Assembly: GCA_043228905.1 (NCBI GenBank) | Contig: JBHGNT010000008.1 | Coordinates: forward strand, 806,001 to 870,000 | Direction of reading: 5' to 3' | DNA: 64,000 nt | Origin: Azolla caroliniana | Taxonomy: Eukaryota; Plantae; Polypodiophyta | Shown: piece after piece, positions 14,040 through 28,200 of the stretch | Layout of the letters: the number at the start of each line of letters is the position of its first letter | Position numbering within the stretch: the first letter of the stretch is position 1 | Translations under genes and position numbers: made by a program | The notes under the pieces: model-generated | What the model was told of the DNA's origin: nothing | Database searches by the model: none | The model's input: only the letters and a program-made list of their open reading frames with translations

Positions 14040-15050
14040 AGAGGTAGAGATAGATAGATAGATCCTATTATTGTCTTCGAAGGTCAAGTATGACCTATAA
14101 GACCAAAAATATTACATTTCACATAATACATGTGAGTGAGTAGCGACTCTCGATGTTCTAGAACATATGAGAGAGACAGAGATAGATATATTTTATTATC
14201 ATTTTCGAAGGTCAAATATGACCTATGAGACCAAAAATATTACATTTCAAATAATACATGTGAAAGTGAATAGCAACTCTCGATGAATAAAGGCAGAGAA
14301 TTGTATGGAAGTGTGATACTCTGACTCTCGAACTTGTTTAAGGAAAAGGGTGCATAGTCGACCACTCTCATCATGTATCCCCCAACACCCCGTTTCACAT
14401 CACAATGCATGTGAGCTAACATATATCGATGTGTGCGGTTTTGTACTTATGTGCAACATGTGTAGTATAATGTGTGAAGTGTGAGCCGCCACATTTGTCC
14501 CATCTCATGATACATTGGCGTTGCAAAAAGGCCTCATTTATAGAGGAATCTAGTGATCAATCATGAAGCAAGTGTGTTGCATCCCATCTACCAAACCTTT
14601 TTATCATATCTTACATCAACCATAACACAAATATTTGCTTTTATGCGCCTTTTGGATCTTTTTGCTTGCTTCCCATACGATTCTAGAAAGTCGATGTGAG
14701 GGACTTTTTTGAACCTTAAGCATGAATTCAACAACCCTATCTACAACCATGATCTCAATGGGAAGTGACGCCATCTCAAGGAGAAGGGTGTATGGTGTTT
14801 GTTTCTTAACTTGAAAAAACTTCGTAAAAAAATGTTTTTGAACATTTTAAAACTTCCAAGTAGATTTAGGGATGCTACCACCCCATAGGGAAGCATCGGT
14901 GTCACATAAGTGTCAAAAAGGTATTTCTTGAGGATCCAACACTTCATATCTCCATGATTACATATGTTCTCAAATGCATAATATGCTCTCTTTCCTACCT
15001 CTAAGAGACGTGTAGCATATTCATTCCATCTATGATTTGAAGGAACTTTA
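14040..15050 (-). mobile_element. Degenerate RTE-like LINE remnant with duplicated 3' stem-loop/(TCTA)n tail
   Basis: Minus-strand LFDTYVTPMLPYG-like ORF2 fragment at 14741-14947. Two copies of a terminal 'aggtca-[4 nt]-tgacct' stem-loop next to (GATA)n lie at ~14047-14125 and ~14170-14255. Confidence 0.6.
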
Positions 15051-15099
15051 AGACCAAGATATTTGAAGCATATTTGGAGGGGTTAAAGTGATCAAGTTA

Positions 15100-16027
15100 A
15101 GACTTTCTTTCCTTGGAGTTGAAATCCAAGGGCTCAAGTTGAGGTGATTGAATGGATAGACCAATCCACCACTAGATTGTGCATCTCCAACCATGAGAGC
15201 CTGAGGATGATTAGATGTCGGTGTGAGACAATGAGATAAAAGATCATTTTCTCTTGGTGGGAACCTATTCAAGGACTAAAGGTGTACCTTCCATAATTGC
15301 ACTTGATGAAAGCATTTTCCCATCGATGGTTTTGACCGATATTGGTTTTCAACATTTGGACAACCAAGATTTCATGTTTTCAAGCAAAGGCAATGTCAAT
15401 GAAACGAATTATTTCTCTATGATCTAGTAAAGCTAGTGAATTTATTGAGGTAGATACAAAACGAAGGCGTACCTTCTAGGGGATGTAGGCGAATGGTACG
15501 AACACAATAAAGGTGGACACCATGAATCATCCGGTTGCATAGCTCCTACTATAACGTTTTCCTGTTAGTAGGAGCTCTGCATTTGTTTTCTTGGTAGATT
15601 TGTCATCAATGACCCTTCATTGGGAACTAGGGAATAAGATGGATGGAGTCACCACAATAGAAGCATAGGCCATTTTTTGTCGAAAATCATTAGAACAGAT
15701 TTGGGGCTTTAGTCAAATGATAAGTTGGATTTGATTGATAAACCTGTGATGGTGCATCCTTTGCCATCAAATTTATCTGGCAGATTGACCTTAGGATCCA
15801 GAACATTAGGGGTTTGAAGACACCATCGATAAAGTTACTTGAAGTTTCTACAATGATTCCTAAATGTTTTCATTTTCGATCTAGAAAAGTTGCAAAGTTG
15901 TCATAATCTGATTTAGGTTATTAGTGGAGTCGAATGATGAGGCTTAGGAAGGAGAATGTGAACAATCTACTATAATAGCTAGAGCAAAGCAAAAAGGAGA
16001 CAATGAATGTGAAAGAAAAGACAAGAT

Positions 16028-16073
<46 letters not shown>

Positions 16074-17020
16074 TTGTACTTCTGATTCCATAACTGGTGT
16101 AATTCACCTTGATTGAGATCAAGATGAACCACCATATTTACACATGTTCTTGAGCATCGCATGTGCATGCATGCTCTAGAAGTTTCTAGAACTTTCCAAA
16201 GATTCTAGAATGTATGCTCCGAAAGTTTCCAGAACTTGTGTTAAGTATATGCAACACAAGTTGTGAGCCAACAAGGGACACCAAGCTTGACAAGACATTA
16301 GGAAAAAGGGGATAGAGTAAACCCCAATAGGAAGCTTTTAGCCAATGGGCGCCCTAATGTGAAAGGACCCCAACCCTTTGTAAAATGCTATAAAAGTCAC
16401 CCTTTACTGACTTTGGTCACTATTCTCCGTTCTCGGGCCTATCCTTTGTGTTGTAAGTAGGTATCTTTCCACTCTTTGTAAACTTCATTGGGATGTTATG
16501 AAATAGATTTAAAAAGTATTTAACGTGTACATGTAGGTTCATGCTTATTGGAGGTTGTAAACCAATTTTTTGAGGTTTTACAGATGTAGACATGTCAAAG
16601 GATCTTGATGGTATAAAATCTACATGCAAGAATGTGTCACTTTGTCTAATACTAAAGTAGATTACATTGCAACAATTAGCGTTAGCAAAGAAATTTCTTG
16701 GAATCAAAGATTTCTTTTGGAATTGGGTTTGAAACGACTAATTCATATGATTTTTGGTGATAATCAATTTGTGCAAGAACTCAATAGGTGCAGTATATTT
16801 TCAGTGGTAATATTGCTTTGGTGAGATTAGTGATTAGAGTTTTACTCTTGTTTCATCTAATACTCTGGTTTATCTAGAACAACACATTGTTGTACCTTCT
16901 ATTTCCTGATAGTGGATAGTGTTTTTGGACCTGTTCTTGTTCTGTTTTATCTTATTAGAGAGTTTTTCGCTTAAAAATTGTGGATGCATTATTATTCTTA
17001 TTCTTGTGTTTGCGTTGTTT
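15100..17020. mobile_element. Decayed LTR-retrotransposon-like sequence
   Basis: No intact ORF. LTR-like composition with tataaaa at ~16390 and an (AG)n tract at 16031-16068. Assignment is by appearance only. Confidence 0.35.
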
Positions 17021-17950
17021 ATCATAAATAACTGGGATCAAATGATTTTTGTTCCCGAATCAAGCAACATAGTGCTTTGAACATTTCTAACACTAAATGC
17101 ATGTGGTTGAATGATTTTGAAGATGGTACACAAGCATGAAATGTTATTATAGCAAAGATGCATGGGTTGGGTTGAGTTGCCCTTGATTTAGCCAGCTTCA
17201 AGTCTCTATTCATTCGCCATGTGATTACCAATGGGTGACTAGTACTACCACCACAGTTCAAATGGTGATTGGACATCATATTCTAGGACAATTGGCAGCA
17301 TGGAATGCCATTATGACAAAGTTCAACAAGTGCACTTGGATGTCCTTGCATGTATTGAACATATTGAGAAATGATTTCCATGAGCTAGCGATTTCATGAC
17401 CATTTAGAAGAAATCAGTGATGTGTGAATACTAAAAATTGATTTCCTATGCTTTTGAATATCAGGCAAGATTTGGCCAAAGCGTCATGGATCAAACCTTC
17501 TCCAACATTTGTCGACGAGTATAGATAACATGCAGTCATCAACAATTAAAAAGGCCAACATAAGCTATAACTCTATGCATCACTAATGTAGCAATTGCAA
17601 TAAACTTCTGTGGTCTTTGGTTTGTAAATTAGCAGATTAACATGCATGCATAATCTACAATGCAATTGCTCAAAACCAGTTCACAAAGCTTGATAAATTT
17701 ATAGGAAATAAATGGCAAAACAAGTCAATTTCCCTGCAAAAGACATTACAGAGAGCTACCTGCTTTTTTATTCGATGATAGGTTGCATTAAGCTTATGAT
17801 TTATAAACAGTATAAATATATTTGTACAAGGTGCAGTTTTACACCTATTTCATTATAACTACAGAACGTCAAATCAATTTGTTACTCATAATATACAGAC
17901 GACAGGTAATAAAAAAATAACATTCACAATACACGTTTTGCACATCTAGT

Positions 17951-19970
17951 TTACAGAGGCAGGTTGCTCTCACGAAACAGAGCTGAAAGCTCCATTGCAG
18001 CTGGATTGGATTTCAGAGCATAATTGTTCTCCTCATTTTTAACTTTGGTCTCAATTTTCCTGAACATGCCTGTAGATGTCACATTATCTGATCTGGTTTG
18101 AAGGCCAAGGGCCGTCCAAATGGAGCTTTGGGCAGCAACCCCTGGGTCATCAATTCTTAGGGTTTTAGGCATCAACAGTGGAACACTTTTCTCATTGTCA
18201 GATTCAATAGAATCATGTGGCCTCTTCCCGAGTGTATTGTTTCCAAGCGTTTGATCAGCGGCAGCAGCAATAGATGCAGCTGCCAAAGGCATGGCCCAAG
18301 CACTATTCCACCATAATGGATGCTGCATAAACGGCCATGAGCATGGATTGCCTATAGATCCAGCCCATGGGGGGGCCTGTGCTATTATGTTGTTTAGGGC
18401 CTGCGGATGAGTAGTAGTAAGAGATGCCCATGGAAGCTGAGTTATACAATGTGCTGCATCAGCACTTGAAGCCCATGGAGGCTGTGTGGCAGAGTGTATG
18501 GCCTGATGAAGATTTGTGTTGCCCAGTGAGTTGCTTAGCTCTCCTTGCATAACTGCATTGGCAGCAACAACATTTCCCCATGCAAGGTTTGGTGCATATG
18601 CCCATGGCCCAGGTATATGAGGGAACGAGGCATTAGATATACATGCCGGCACTGCATCAGCCCTACTTTGCTCAGGCATATATGAGAATGACACACTCGA
18701 TACACATGTAGGCATTGCATCAGCCTTACCCCTGATACTTTCTACACCACTACTTTCTTTTACTTCATTAGAGTCAAGTACTTCAATCGAGGAATCTTGA
18801 ATAGGGCGAGGATGCTGCCAAAAGGCAGGATTTTGGGTAGTTTTCCCATCTGGGTGGTTCTGCACATCATAAATGTTTGCATTAACGACCTTCTCGTTGT
18901 CAACTGGTCTAGCTGAGTCGACATTCAAGTTGTGGTTAGTCTTTGCGTGGGTGGTGCTAGAGATATCCTGCTTGTATCCTTGAAATCCATCAAATCTATG
19001 TGAAACATGTGGTTTTCTTGCATCATCCAGTACAGGGTTTTCTTGGCCAAACGTTAGTATCGTAGTAGTAGCAGATGAAGAATCAGCCGCCCCATGAGCC
19101 CGTGAAAACAAGGTGCTTTGGCTGATGGAAGACGCTCCACTACACGAAATGAGATCCTTTGCATCCTCAAGAGAATCTTCTCGTACCGTAATGTTCTCCG
19201 ACTGATTGAGTGGAATAGAAGGTTTACTCTTCCTTCTGCCCGCTCCAATTGGAACATTCCTTAGATTACCACCAGCTGTCCAATAGCGTTGGCAATTCTT
19301 GCAGAAATGTCGAGGTTGGTTCACATTATAGTTGTTGAAGTAGCAAAATTTGGTATCCATGCTTTCACACCGAGGGCATGGGATGAGCTTTTTGGGCTTC
19401 TTCAGATCCTCTTCTTCACATGCTACCTTCTCATGAGGAGCATCATCAGGAAGATAAGTAGACGAACTTGTAACCACTACCTCTGTTTCAAGAGTTGGAT
19501 CATTGGAACCTTCCTTGACTATTGAAGGTGATGGCAGTCTTGAAGGATTGGGATTACGTTTTGGGTCTTCATCATGGCCATCGCTTCTCATCACATCTGG
19601 AGCAGAGCTCTCATCTTCAGAAAGAGGGGCCTCTGGGCAAGCATTCTGGAAAGAAATATGGGGGAAGGTCGAGAATCATACATAAGTTTTGCAAAGTTTG
19701 CAAAAAATGATCAGAAATAAGATACATACATACATACATATACATATATAGCTACATGTGTCAGGAAAAACAGGGATATGGCGTAGCTCTACATAGACAT
19801 GGATTGGATGAAAAGAAAATGAAGGCATGAAGAAAATATGATGAGATCAATACCTGATAAGAAGCAGATTCGTATTCTCCCTCCGAAGAGACTGGAATCG
19901 TTCTTCCAAAAAGCTTAAAAGCAGGGTCATGAAGTTTTCCGAGGGAGGCATCTTCTGTGATGGAAGACAT
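17951..19970 (-). CDS. Dof zinc-finger transcription factor, CYCLING DOF FACTOR (CDF)-type, ~603 aa
   Basis: Exon 1 is 19970-19854 ([26 protein letters not shown]...YQ|gt). Exon 2 is 19645-17951, in phase 0. Dof domain [40 protein letters not shown] hallmarks: N-terminal FKLFG, C-terminal [18 protein letters not shown] and LxxNPAA...FRES. Confidence 0.95.
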
Positions 19971-19996
19971 GGCAGCAGCAGAGAGGAGCCAAGACT

Positions 19997-20060
19997 GAGA
20001 AGAAGAAGAAGAAGAAGAAGAAGAAGAAGGGGATTCCAGAGAGAGAGAGAGAGAGAGAGG
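19997..20060. repeat. (GAA)n and (GA)n microsatellites in the Dof 5' UTR
   Basis: Direct inspection; these read as pyrimidine tracts on the Dof sense strand. Confidence 0.9.
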
Positions 20061-23000
20061 GAAGAGGTCTTTGAAGAGCTTTTTTTTCTCTTTTTGATGA
20101 CCTTTTAACACTTTCCTTTATATTAATAATGCTTTTCATGAGTAGAAAGAATTCAAAGAAAGAAAGAAAGAAGATGAGAGATCACTTTTTCTCTTAGAGA
20201 ACTAACTGTATGTATACACTATCAATCCAATCTTCTTCTTCTTCTTCTTCTTCTTCTTTTGAATTGATTTCCTTTTTTGATGAAGCAAACAAGACCTTTC
20301 CCTTTTTCTTCTTTACTATCCTTTTACTTTTTCCTCATTCCCTTCATATACATATATATATATATATATATATTCTATCACTTTTGAGGTTGTTGTTGGT
20401 ATGTTGATCATATAAGTTTTGTGCACAAGGTCAACAACTAACATACGCTCTCACCGTTTCGGTTCGCAAAACTATTACTCTCTCGACTTCATCTTTCCTC
20501 ACTTCTCATGTTTTGCCTCTTTTTTTTTGCTGACATTGCTATGGCCTACAACAACTAATATCTCTTATCTCTAACTTTTGAAACGGAATAGTCATGCCAT
20601 TCATACATACACAGTATAATACCAACTTGAGGAGTGGGCACAGTCAAGTATGTATTTCTCCCTAGCATGGCTTACTAGTTTACTAATCAAAGCTGCATTT
20701 GTGCTTAAGTCGATGCTTTAGGAATTTCTTTCCTGCAGTTTTTTCATCCAATACCAAACCGTATAAAAGGAAACACAACATAGGATATGATAGTTGGACT
20801 TTTGTCTTACCTATATATTTATAAACATATAAATGGTTGATTTTAAAAGTTCACATACACATTTTGATATATCCATCTCTTGTGTATAGATTTTGGCACC
20901 CACAAGACTCTTATTTATATGATGCTTTTTCCATGTGGATGTGACAGAATCCATCATCCAAAGTTGTGGCTACCAATGCTCCTTCATAAGACCATATCTT
21001 TCGTTTGGCTTCACATCTTTTGCGTTGTCTCCTTGCATAAAAGAATCAATCCACTTTTTCAAAACAAATCTTATTTAATGGAGCGCATCCCCCCTTTTAT
21101 GCTGCATAAAAGCATGCACTTTCCATATGTTAGTTTTCCCTTAGTACTCGTCATCATCCCCACTCAAATATATGTCAAGTGTTTTGTGCTTTTTGCGAAG
21201 AAAATATAGCACATAGACCCACCAAAATGCACCACTTGGATATCAATGGAATTCATATACCTCGATATGGTTTTTTCTTGGAGGGAATACACATGTATTT
21301 ATATTTCTATCATCGATGGAACCAACTTGTTTTGGTTGCCATCAATAGAAGGAAGCAACAAATTGTTATGTATGTTTGAGCAACTATTTGTTCATTAAGG
21401 TAATCACACTTTAGATTTGTTGATAATTGTATTTTGTATTTTGATAATTTAGTCTCTTTCAAATTCTTTTTTGTTTTTTATGTTACTCACCTTTTTTTAA
21501 GATAAAACGAGACAACACTCTTAAGGTGTAATCTCTTGTTTGGTCTTATAGACCATTTTGGGCTCTTAAAACATGTTAATATATCTTTCTTTATGTGACG
21601 ACCTGTTGAGTGTAACAAAGAGTGTCATAGGCACTCTTTTTCCCATGTGTCAAAATTGTGAATCCATAAAATACCCCCTCCCCCTTATTTATAATGAGTT
21701 GATCCACTTTTTTGTAAGAAGAATAACATTTAACTTCTCTTTACAAAGTGTGCTCTCAAAAATGAAAGTGTAAAAGGAATAATAATTTGTTGACACTTTC
21801 ATCCCATTTTTATTATAATACATGAGAGTTGCTTTTAGAACGTAAAACAGTTAAATAAAAAACTATGCTCACAACGGTGAGCATCAACATGGCGATATCT
21901 ATTGTATGTATGCTCAATGTTTGAGTATGTTTCCACATGCATGAATATTTCATTTGCATACATTGGTTACAGATACGTCCAGGTTGTAATATGTGTACAA
22001 CCTCGAAACATAATGAAAATATAAAAATGTCAAGGGTAGAGGGTTCAATTTTGTCATCAATGAGAGAAATTGTCCTTATCTTCCTTTTTTACTTGTGCCG
22101 ACACCTCTCCATGATCAAATTAAACATCATAAAATTTGTAAAAAATGCTAACGTGTTAGGGCAAGGAATTCCAAATTTGCAAGAAAATAAATAAATAAAT
22201 GTAACATCGGTGTGCAGAGTTTGAAATGAGTCTCTAATTGACGTAATTAAGTACACAAATCTGAAGTTAGTTGAGTCATGCAAAAGCAAGAAAATATCCT
22301 TTGCATAGTTAATCCATGTATTTCTTTTTCTATAAATCCATGTGCATGTAGTATGTACACACATATTTAGTACCAAATGCATGCCAAAAGATTACCACTT
22401 TTAAGATTTATGGATATTTGGAATTAAAGATAATTCACAAACTTCATTTAAGAGATAAGATATAATTTGAATATAACCTCAATCTTCACTTGAAGATGAA
22501 TTTTACCTAGAGACAACACTACTACTTTAAACCTTGGATTGTGGAAAATGGTTTAATCCAAGGATACTAAGCATTAATAACCTGTGATTCAAGAAAAAGT
22601 GAACCTCTTAGAGCCATTAATCTTGATCACCTTCAGCAAAACATGGCTCATCTTTCCCAATTATTTGCAAGATTGCGGTGTTGGGAAAGTCTTTGGTAAT
22701 TCATGTGGGGTCTTCATCAAACCCCAACCACAACTAATAGTCCATGATAACACGTGTTTTACGATGATTGAAAATGGCACACTAGATTTTCTAGAGAAAC
22801 ATCATCCAACATATGCGTTTACTAGCTAAAGCAACCATTGCTAGCAAATAGATGAGTGTTCAATGATCTATGCGCCATCATATCGAGGACACTACATATG
22901 AAGGGAAATGGAAAAGTGTCACAAATAGTGTTTGTTTTGAGTTTCTAATCATTTAGAAGGATATGTATATTCTTGCTGTTCTTTTGAATGTATACTATCA

Positions 23001-24929
23001 AACCTAGCCACATGGACTATTTTTTACTAAGTGAATAAGTTGACTTGATTGAAGCAACTTATCGATTTTCTCCTCAACAAGGGTTGCATAATTTAGTTTC
23101 ATGCATTAACAACATCCTCGGATCAAAATGGGACCAACCTTTAGATTGAGGGGGGATTGGGGGAAATTAGGTATGGTTGGGATATGGAGGTTGCTGCCAC
23201 TCTACCAACGTGATCTTTGTTGATCATTGGTTGTGATCAAATTGAGGTTGCAATGACTTATTGTCAATTTTCTACAGCACTCATTTGCTAATTTGTAGTG
23301 GGTGGACAATTGATTTGTTGTCTACAACAATGACGGCTAACAACTAGTTATCTATAGTGGCAGTAGATCTACTATTTGTAATCCCTTTTCAAAATAGTCA
23401 AACCTTTAGTTTTGTTTCTCATATCAAACTCTCCCCCCATACATTTACTTGGCATGATGATTATGCATTAATATGCCAATTCAAGCAGTAGTTTAATGTA
23501 TCAATCCATTTATAAAAAGCCTGCTCAAATTCTTCGCAGTATACAATTTGAGATATTCAGCCAGTAATCAGATATTGATCTTGTGCTTGTTTCCCTTAAC
23601 AGTACTCCTTTTTCTATCCTCAAAACTATAACAATCTTAGTAGCTAATGGCTTTGATTCATATGTTACAGTTGTATAAAAAATAACACTTCACAAAATGC
23701 GTTCAAAAAGTTCATAATTAAGGACAACTAGAAGGTAAGCCAAAACACAAAATAAAAAGCTACAATAAATTCATCATGTAATGACCAATATTTTATATAA
23801 ATTCATCTATTTTCTATTATTATTCTATTGAATCAATTCTGACATGAAAGCACCCTTTATTGTACACAGTTTTACCTTTGTGGATTGCAGAACCAACTCT
23901 TGGTCTGTAGTTTAGACTTGTAAAGTGATATAAAGACAAATCATGATTGTATACAGTAGGTTTAGTTATTCATAGAATAATTTACATGTCCTGAGCATGA
24001 ATTACTTTATTGTGTATGAAAGGACACAAAGTGACAAACTCCATCTATTGTGAGGAAGCTGTATGTTTGGTTCTACAAATGTTACCAGATATTCCCAAGT
24101 ACTTCAATCTATATATAAATTTATCCTATGAGCTGATAGCAAAACAACTTTTGTAAAACAGTCTTTTGGAAAGAGACTCTTTTCATATAATTCAAATCTG
24201 TTGTGTAGAATAACCACATTTTATGATGCAACACGTCAGAACAAGTCCAATCTAATGTTGAGTATAAATTTTGAACCTAGCCAACAGTTTCTTCAGACTT
24301 TTAAGGTATAGAATTGCCATAGAAAATACAATCTTAATTTAATCATCAAACACAAGCTACAATACAACAGATATTGAACTTGGGTTCTCTTAATTTGATG
24401 AATTAGGCGCTCTGATGTAACCATCCCACCAAGCCAGGAACCAGACAACAATGATGATGATGCCCTATGGAAAACATGATCATGCAACCATGATAACTCT
24501 GAATTGTGAGTACAGTGATATCATATAGAGAATTTGATCATACTATGTCTTACGCTATACAAACACAGGTATTAGTTAAATGCAAAAAGGTGATGTCGCC
24601 AAGGCAAGTATATTACAGGAGTTCCACAAGCAGCATCCTTTCATTACTCTACGGATTGTTGATTAAATTCTTCAAATAGGTAAAAGGGAGGAAAATCTCT
24701 ATTTAAAACAGCCCATGGAATGAATTTGGTTAAAAAATTGCATTTAGCAGTCATATAACATGAACATTCAATCTTTTACTGCGAACAATTTGAAAATACA
24801 ATAAAAAACGTCCAAATAAAATATGCAAAATTGATTAAAAGAGAGCTCCCTGCCCTCTTCCTCACCCCCTTCTTTTTTCTAATAATTAACTTAACCCAGT
24901 GGACCCTCACCCCCTCTCTTTTCTTCTCA

Positions 24930-25080
24930 TAATTAACTTACCCTAGTGATAAGTTATTAGACTAAGAATACAAGACCTTGGGTTCAAGACCTGACTTCCA
25001 CACATCTTTATTAGATCATATATTTTTCGAAGCTTACTAGATGCCACTGCGGAATGTAGGGGGTTGAATGAATGACCTTT
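24930..25080 (-). repeat. Copy of tRNA-related interspersed repeat (family also at 31006 and 61130)
   Basis: Reverse complement reads ggtcattcattcaaccccctacattccgcagtggcatctagt...taataaagatgtgtggaagtcaggtcttgaacccaagg...actagggtaagttaatt, matching blocks at 31050-31250. Confidence 0.75.
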
Positions 25081-25082
25081 TG

Positions 25083-25118
<36 letters not shown>

Positions 25119-25289
25119 AACTGATCTCCACATAGTTTGCATCTCTCTCCCCAATAAGCATGAAGAGGAATACAAAATGAATCATAACTATTTTCCACCT
25201 ATGCATTGTTTAGCTCACTAGGAAAGCAATTGGAAAACATGGAAACCTTTTTACAGATTAAGATTGTGGAGCCAGGAGCCAGGCACGGC

Positions 25290-28200
25290 TCAACATCCAC
25301 CACCATGTTTGACTTCTAAATATAAGTGAACTTTTCTTCCTAATAATTCCCTCAGCTCCTCACATGCCTTGATTCCAATATCTCTGTCAGAATTGAAGAC
25401 GTTTCAATACATCCAATTTGTATGAAAATAAACATTGTTGTCATATCTTATATCTTCAAATTACCTTATTGTGGAACCACCTTTGCCAACAAGAATTTTG
25501 CATTGCCCCTTCTTTGGTAGGTAAAAGTGTTGCTCAATTCTCAGAGAACCATCCTCCAGCTCATCCCAATCAATAAGTTGATGGTCTAAAATATACGGTA
25601 TTTCCTAAACAATGTAGTGACCCGACCATTAGTCGAAACAAAGTCGGATAATTCTTGATAGATACCTAGAAATATTTACCTCATGAACACGATCCAACAA
25701 TTGTTCACGTACAACCTCCATAGAAAGTATCTTTACAGTTTCCTCATTGAGAGGATTTGGCTCTTCTTCCCACGGCCTCAAAACAGCCTGTAACAAGTTA
25801 ATATTCATACATCAAATCCTACGAGTATATTATTTTTGCATAACATGTAGAGAGAAATTGGTAGGAAATTAATCTCCCGTAAAGTACATGTAATACTGAC
25901 CATGAAAATTTCTAGGCAACTAAACACTGTAAGAAGATTTTGCAGGTTTACTAACATCATTTGAATTTTCCAGAAAAAACTTAACAAAATGACGTGACCA
26001 TTTTTTACATCTTCCTTGATAACACCCTCACATTTAAATAGCTCAAGAATTTGGCACCTTGTTATAAAGCTGAAATTTGAATTTGTATGTAAAATAAGGC
26101 ATCGTATGAGCATGAATAAGGAGCCGAAAATTACCTGATCCATTAGGTAGTTGACAATGTCCTTCACACCCGAGCCTGTTAACGCTGAGACCATGAATAT
26201 GCTGCATCAATGGAAAGGAAGTTACCCTGCTGGGTTTTCAGAGTATCTGAGCACGAAGAAGTGATGTTCTCATCTCACCTTTCATAGCCAAGCAGCTTCT
26301 CAAACTGTTGAGCAAGAGGCAATAAATCCTTTTTATTCTCAACAATATCAACCTTATTCAACACCAGAATTCTCTTTGGATCTGGATTCTCCTCCTTCCC
26401 TAACCTTTCTACTAAACGTAAAATTCGTTTGTCTTCCCTGTCAAGAAAACAAATTATTACTTTGTAATAAAACCGTAAGATTTTAACCCAATCTTCATGT
26501 AAACTTCAAGAATAAAATCTCTAATTGTAACTAGAAATTAAGCAATCTTTAACCCCTTTTTTCTTTTCGATCACTCCAAAGCTACAAAAGTAAAATTGGT
26601 GATCATCGGTCAGCTGGGCCATATCAAATAAATTAGAATCATCAAACAGATTTATATAAGATCAACATATGTCTTCATTTCAACAGATTGAAACTATTAG
26701 CCTGTTTACAAATGTATACTCGTTATGAAGTATGTTTTTCTGTGTTGAAATTCTATCCTTCATGATGGAACATTATTCTCCTCACCTAAAATAACGGCAG
26801 TATTGCAAGAACAAGAAGCATCAATTGTAGTGCTCATAAAAATGAGGGATTGTCAAATATTCAATCAGGAGTTTTCTATTTAGACTTGGCAATATAATAC
26901 GTAGTTTTGATAATTGGAAACTGATGCCACATCATACAATGCGAGATCGTTTGAACCTTGTGTGTGAATTCTACATCATATACATAATATCTCTCAAACG
27001 TCTTTCATTGTTTTGGCATGAAAGAGGGAATTTTTTATTGGATAATCAAGATATTTGAAACAGTTGGGCAACTTCTCTTACCTCACAAGCCTAGCAAGAG
27101 TGGAAAATGAACCACAAATTTCATATCCCCTATATAAATATCTGTTGGATTCCATATTTTGATACAAAGAAGGTAACAAGCTTCATACCCCTATATTCAC
27201 CAAGTTCTCCACAAGGTTCCTTGAAAAGATGTCCTGCCTTTTATAAAGAAGATTGTAATTTCAGAAGTTTCCCCATTTGTAGGTATGCAGTAATACTTTG
27301 TTTAGCTTCAATTTTTGAACATGATGATTCATTGTATTTGAAAATTATGTTCACAAGGTTACTTGAAAAGTTCTCCTGCCTTTGTTGCAATCCACTGTGA
27401 TTCCTCAAGGTTTTTCCATTTGCTAAGCCGCTGTAATATCTCGTTTTTCTTGAATTTTCAAAGATGATGTTTCATCACGATGCAATTAATAATGTTTGTA
27501 TCTCTATGTGAAGCTTCATCAGAACAGACCCATTCCACGATCAGAAAAAAAGGTTATGATAATAAAAGTTCATTTCATACAATTCACATTATCTCCTCAG
27601 ATCTGTGATTTAAAAACAACTATAATAGAAATAGAAAAACCTATAGATACGAAACAAACAGATAAATTAGAAAAACTCACTTGTGAATTTGACGATATGC
27701 ATCCACAAGGACCAGGATAACTTCACAGTGAGAAAACAACTGCCATGCACTTTCAGATCTCCTTCTAATATCAGTCTTTGACGGCCTTCCTAAGATATCC
27801 AAGACCAACCCTGGTGTATCATACAATAACTGCATATAGCCAGCAAAAAACTAATATACCATATACTGTACCAATAGAATCTTCTAAATTATTCTACAGT
27901 CAAAAGGATTTATACAATTTGTGTGTCTCCTTTCGTCATAATCCCAAGTATTTCACTGAGAGTGGTGTTCCGTTTCCGGGAGACAGCTGCAACTTTGGTG
28001 CCCACCTGTCATACATGATTTGAGTAGAGGAATTTCACTTAGCAGGAGTATATGCTAATGTAGGTCTATGTGCATGCATTAAATGCAGAAGATATCTGTT
28101 CATTCATTCATTCACTCAGTCGTACATATCACCAAATCTACAAATTTATTTACAATCACAGAGAGCACACCATGAAGTTTGTGAGAGATGACTTGCCAGC

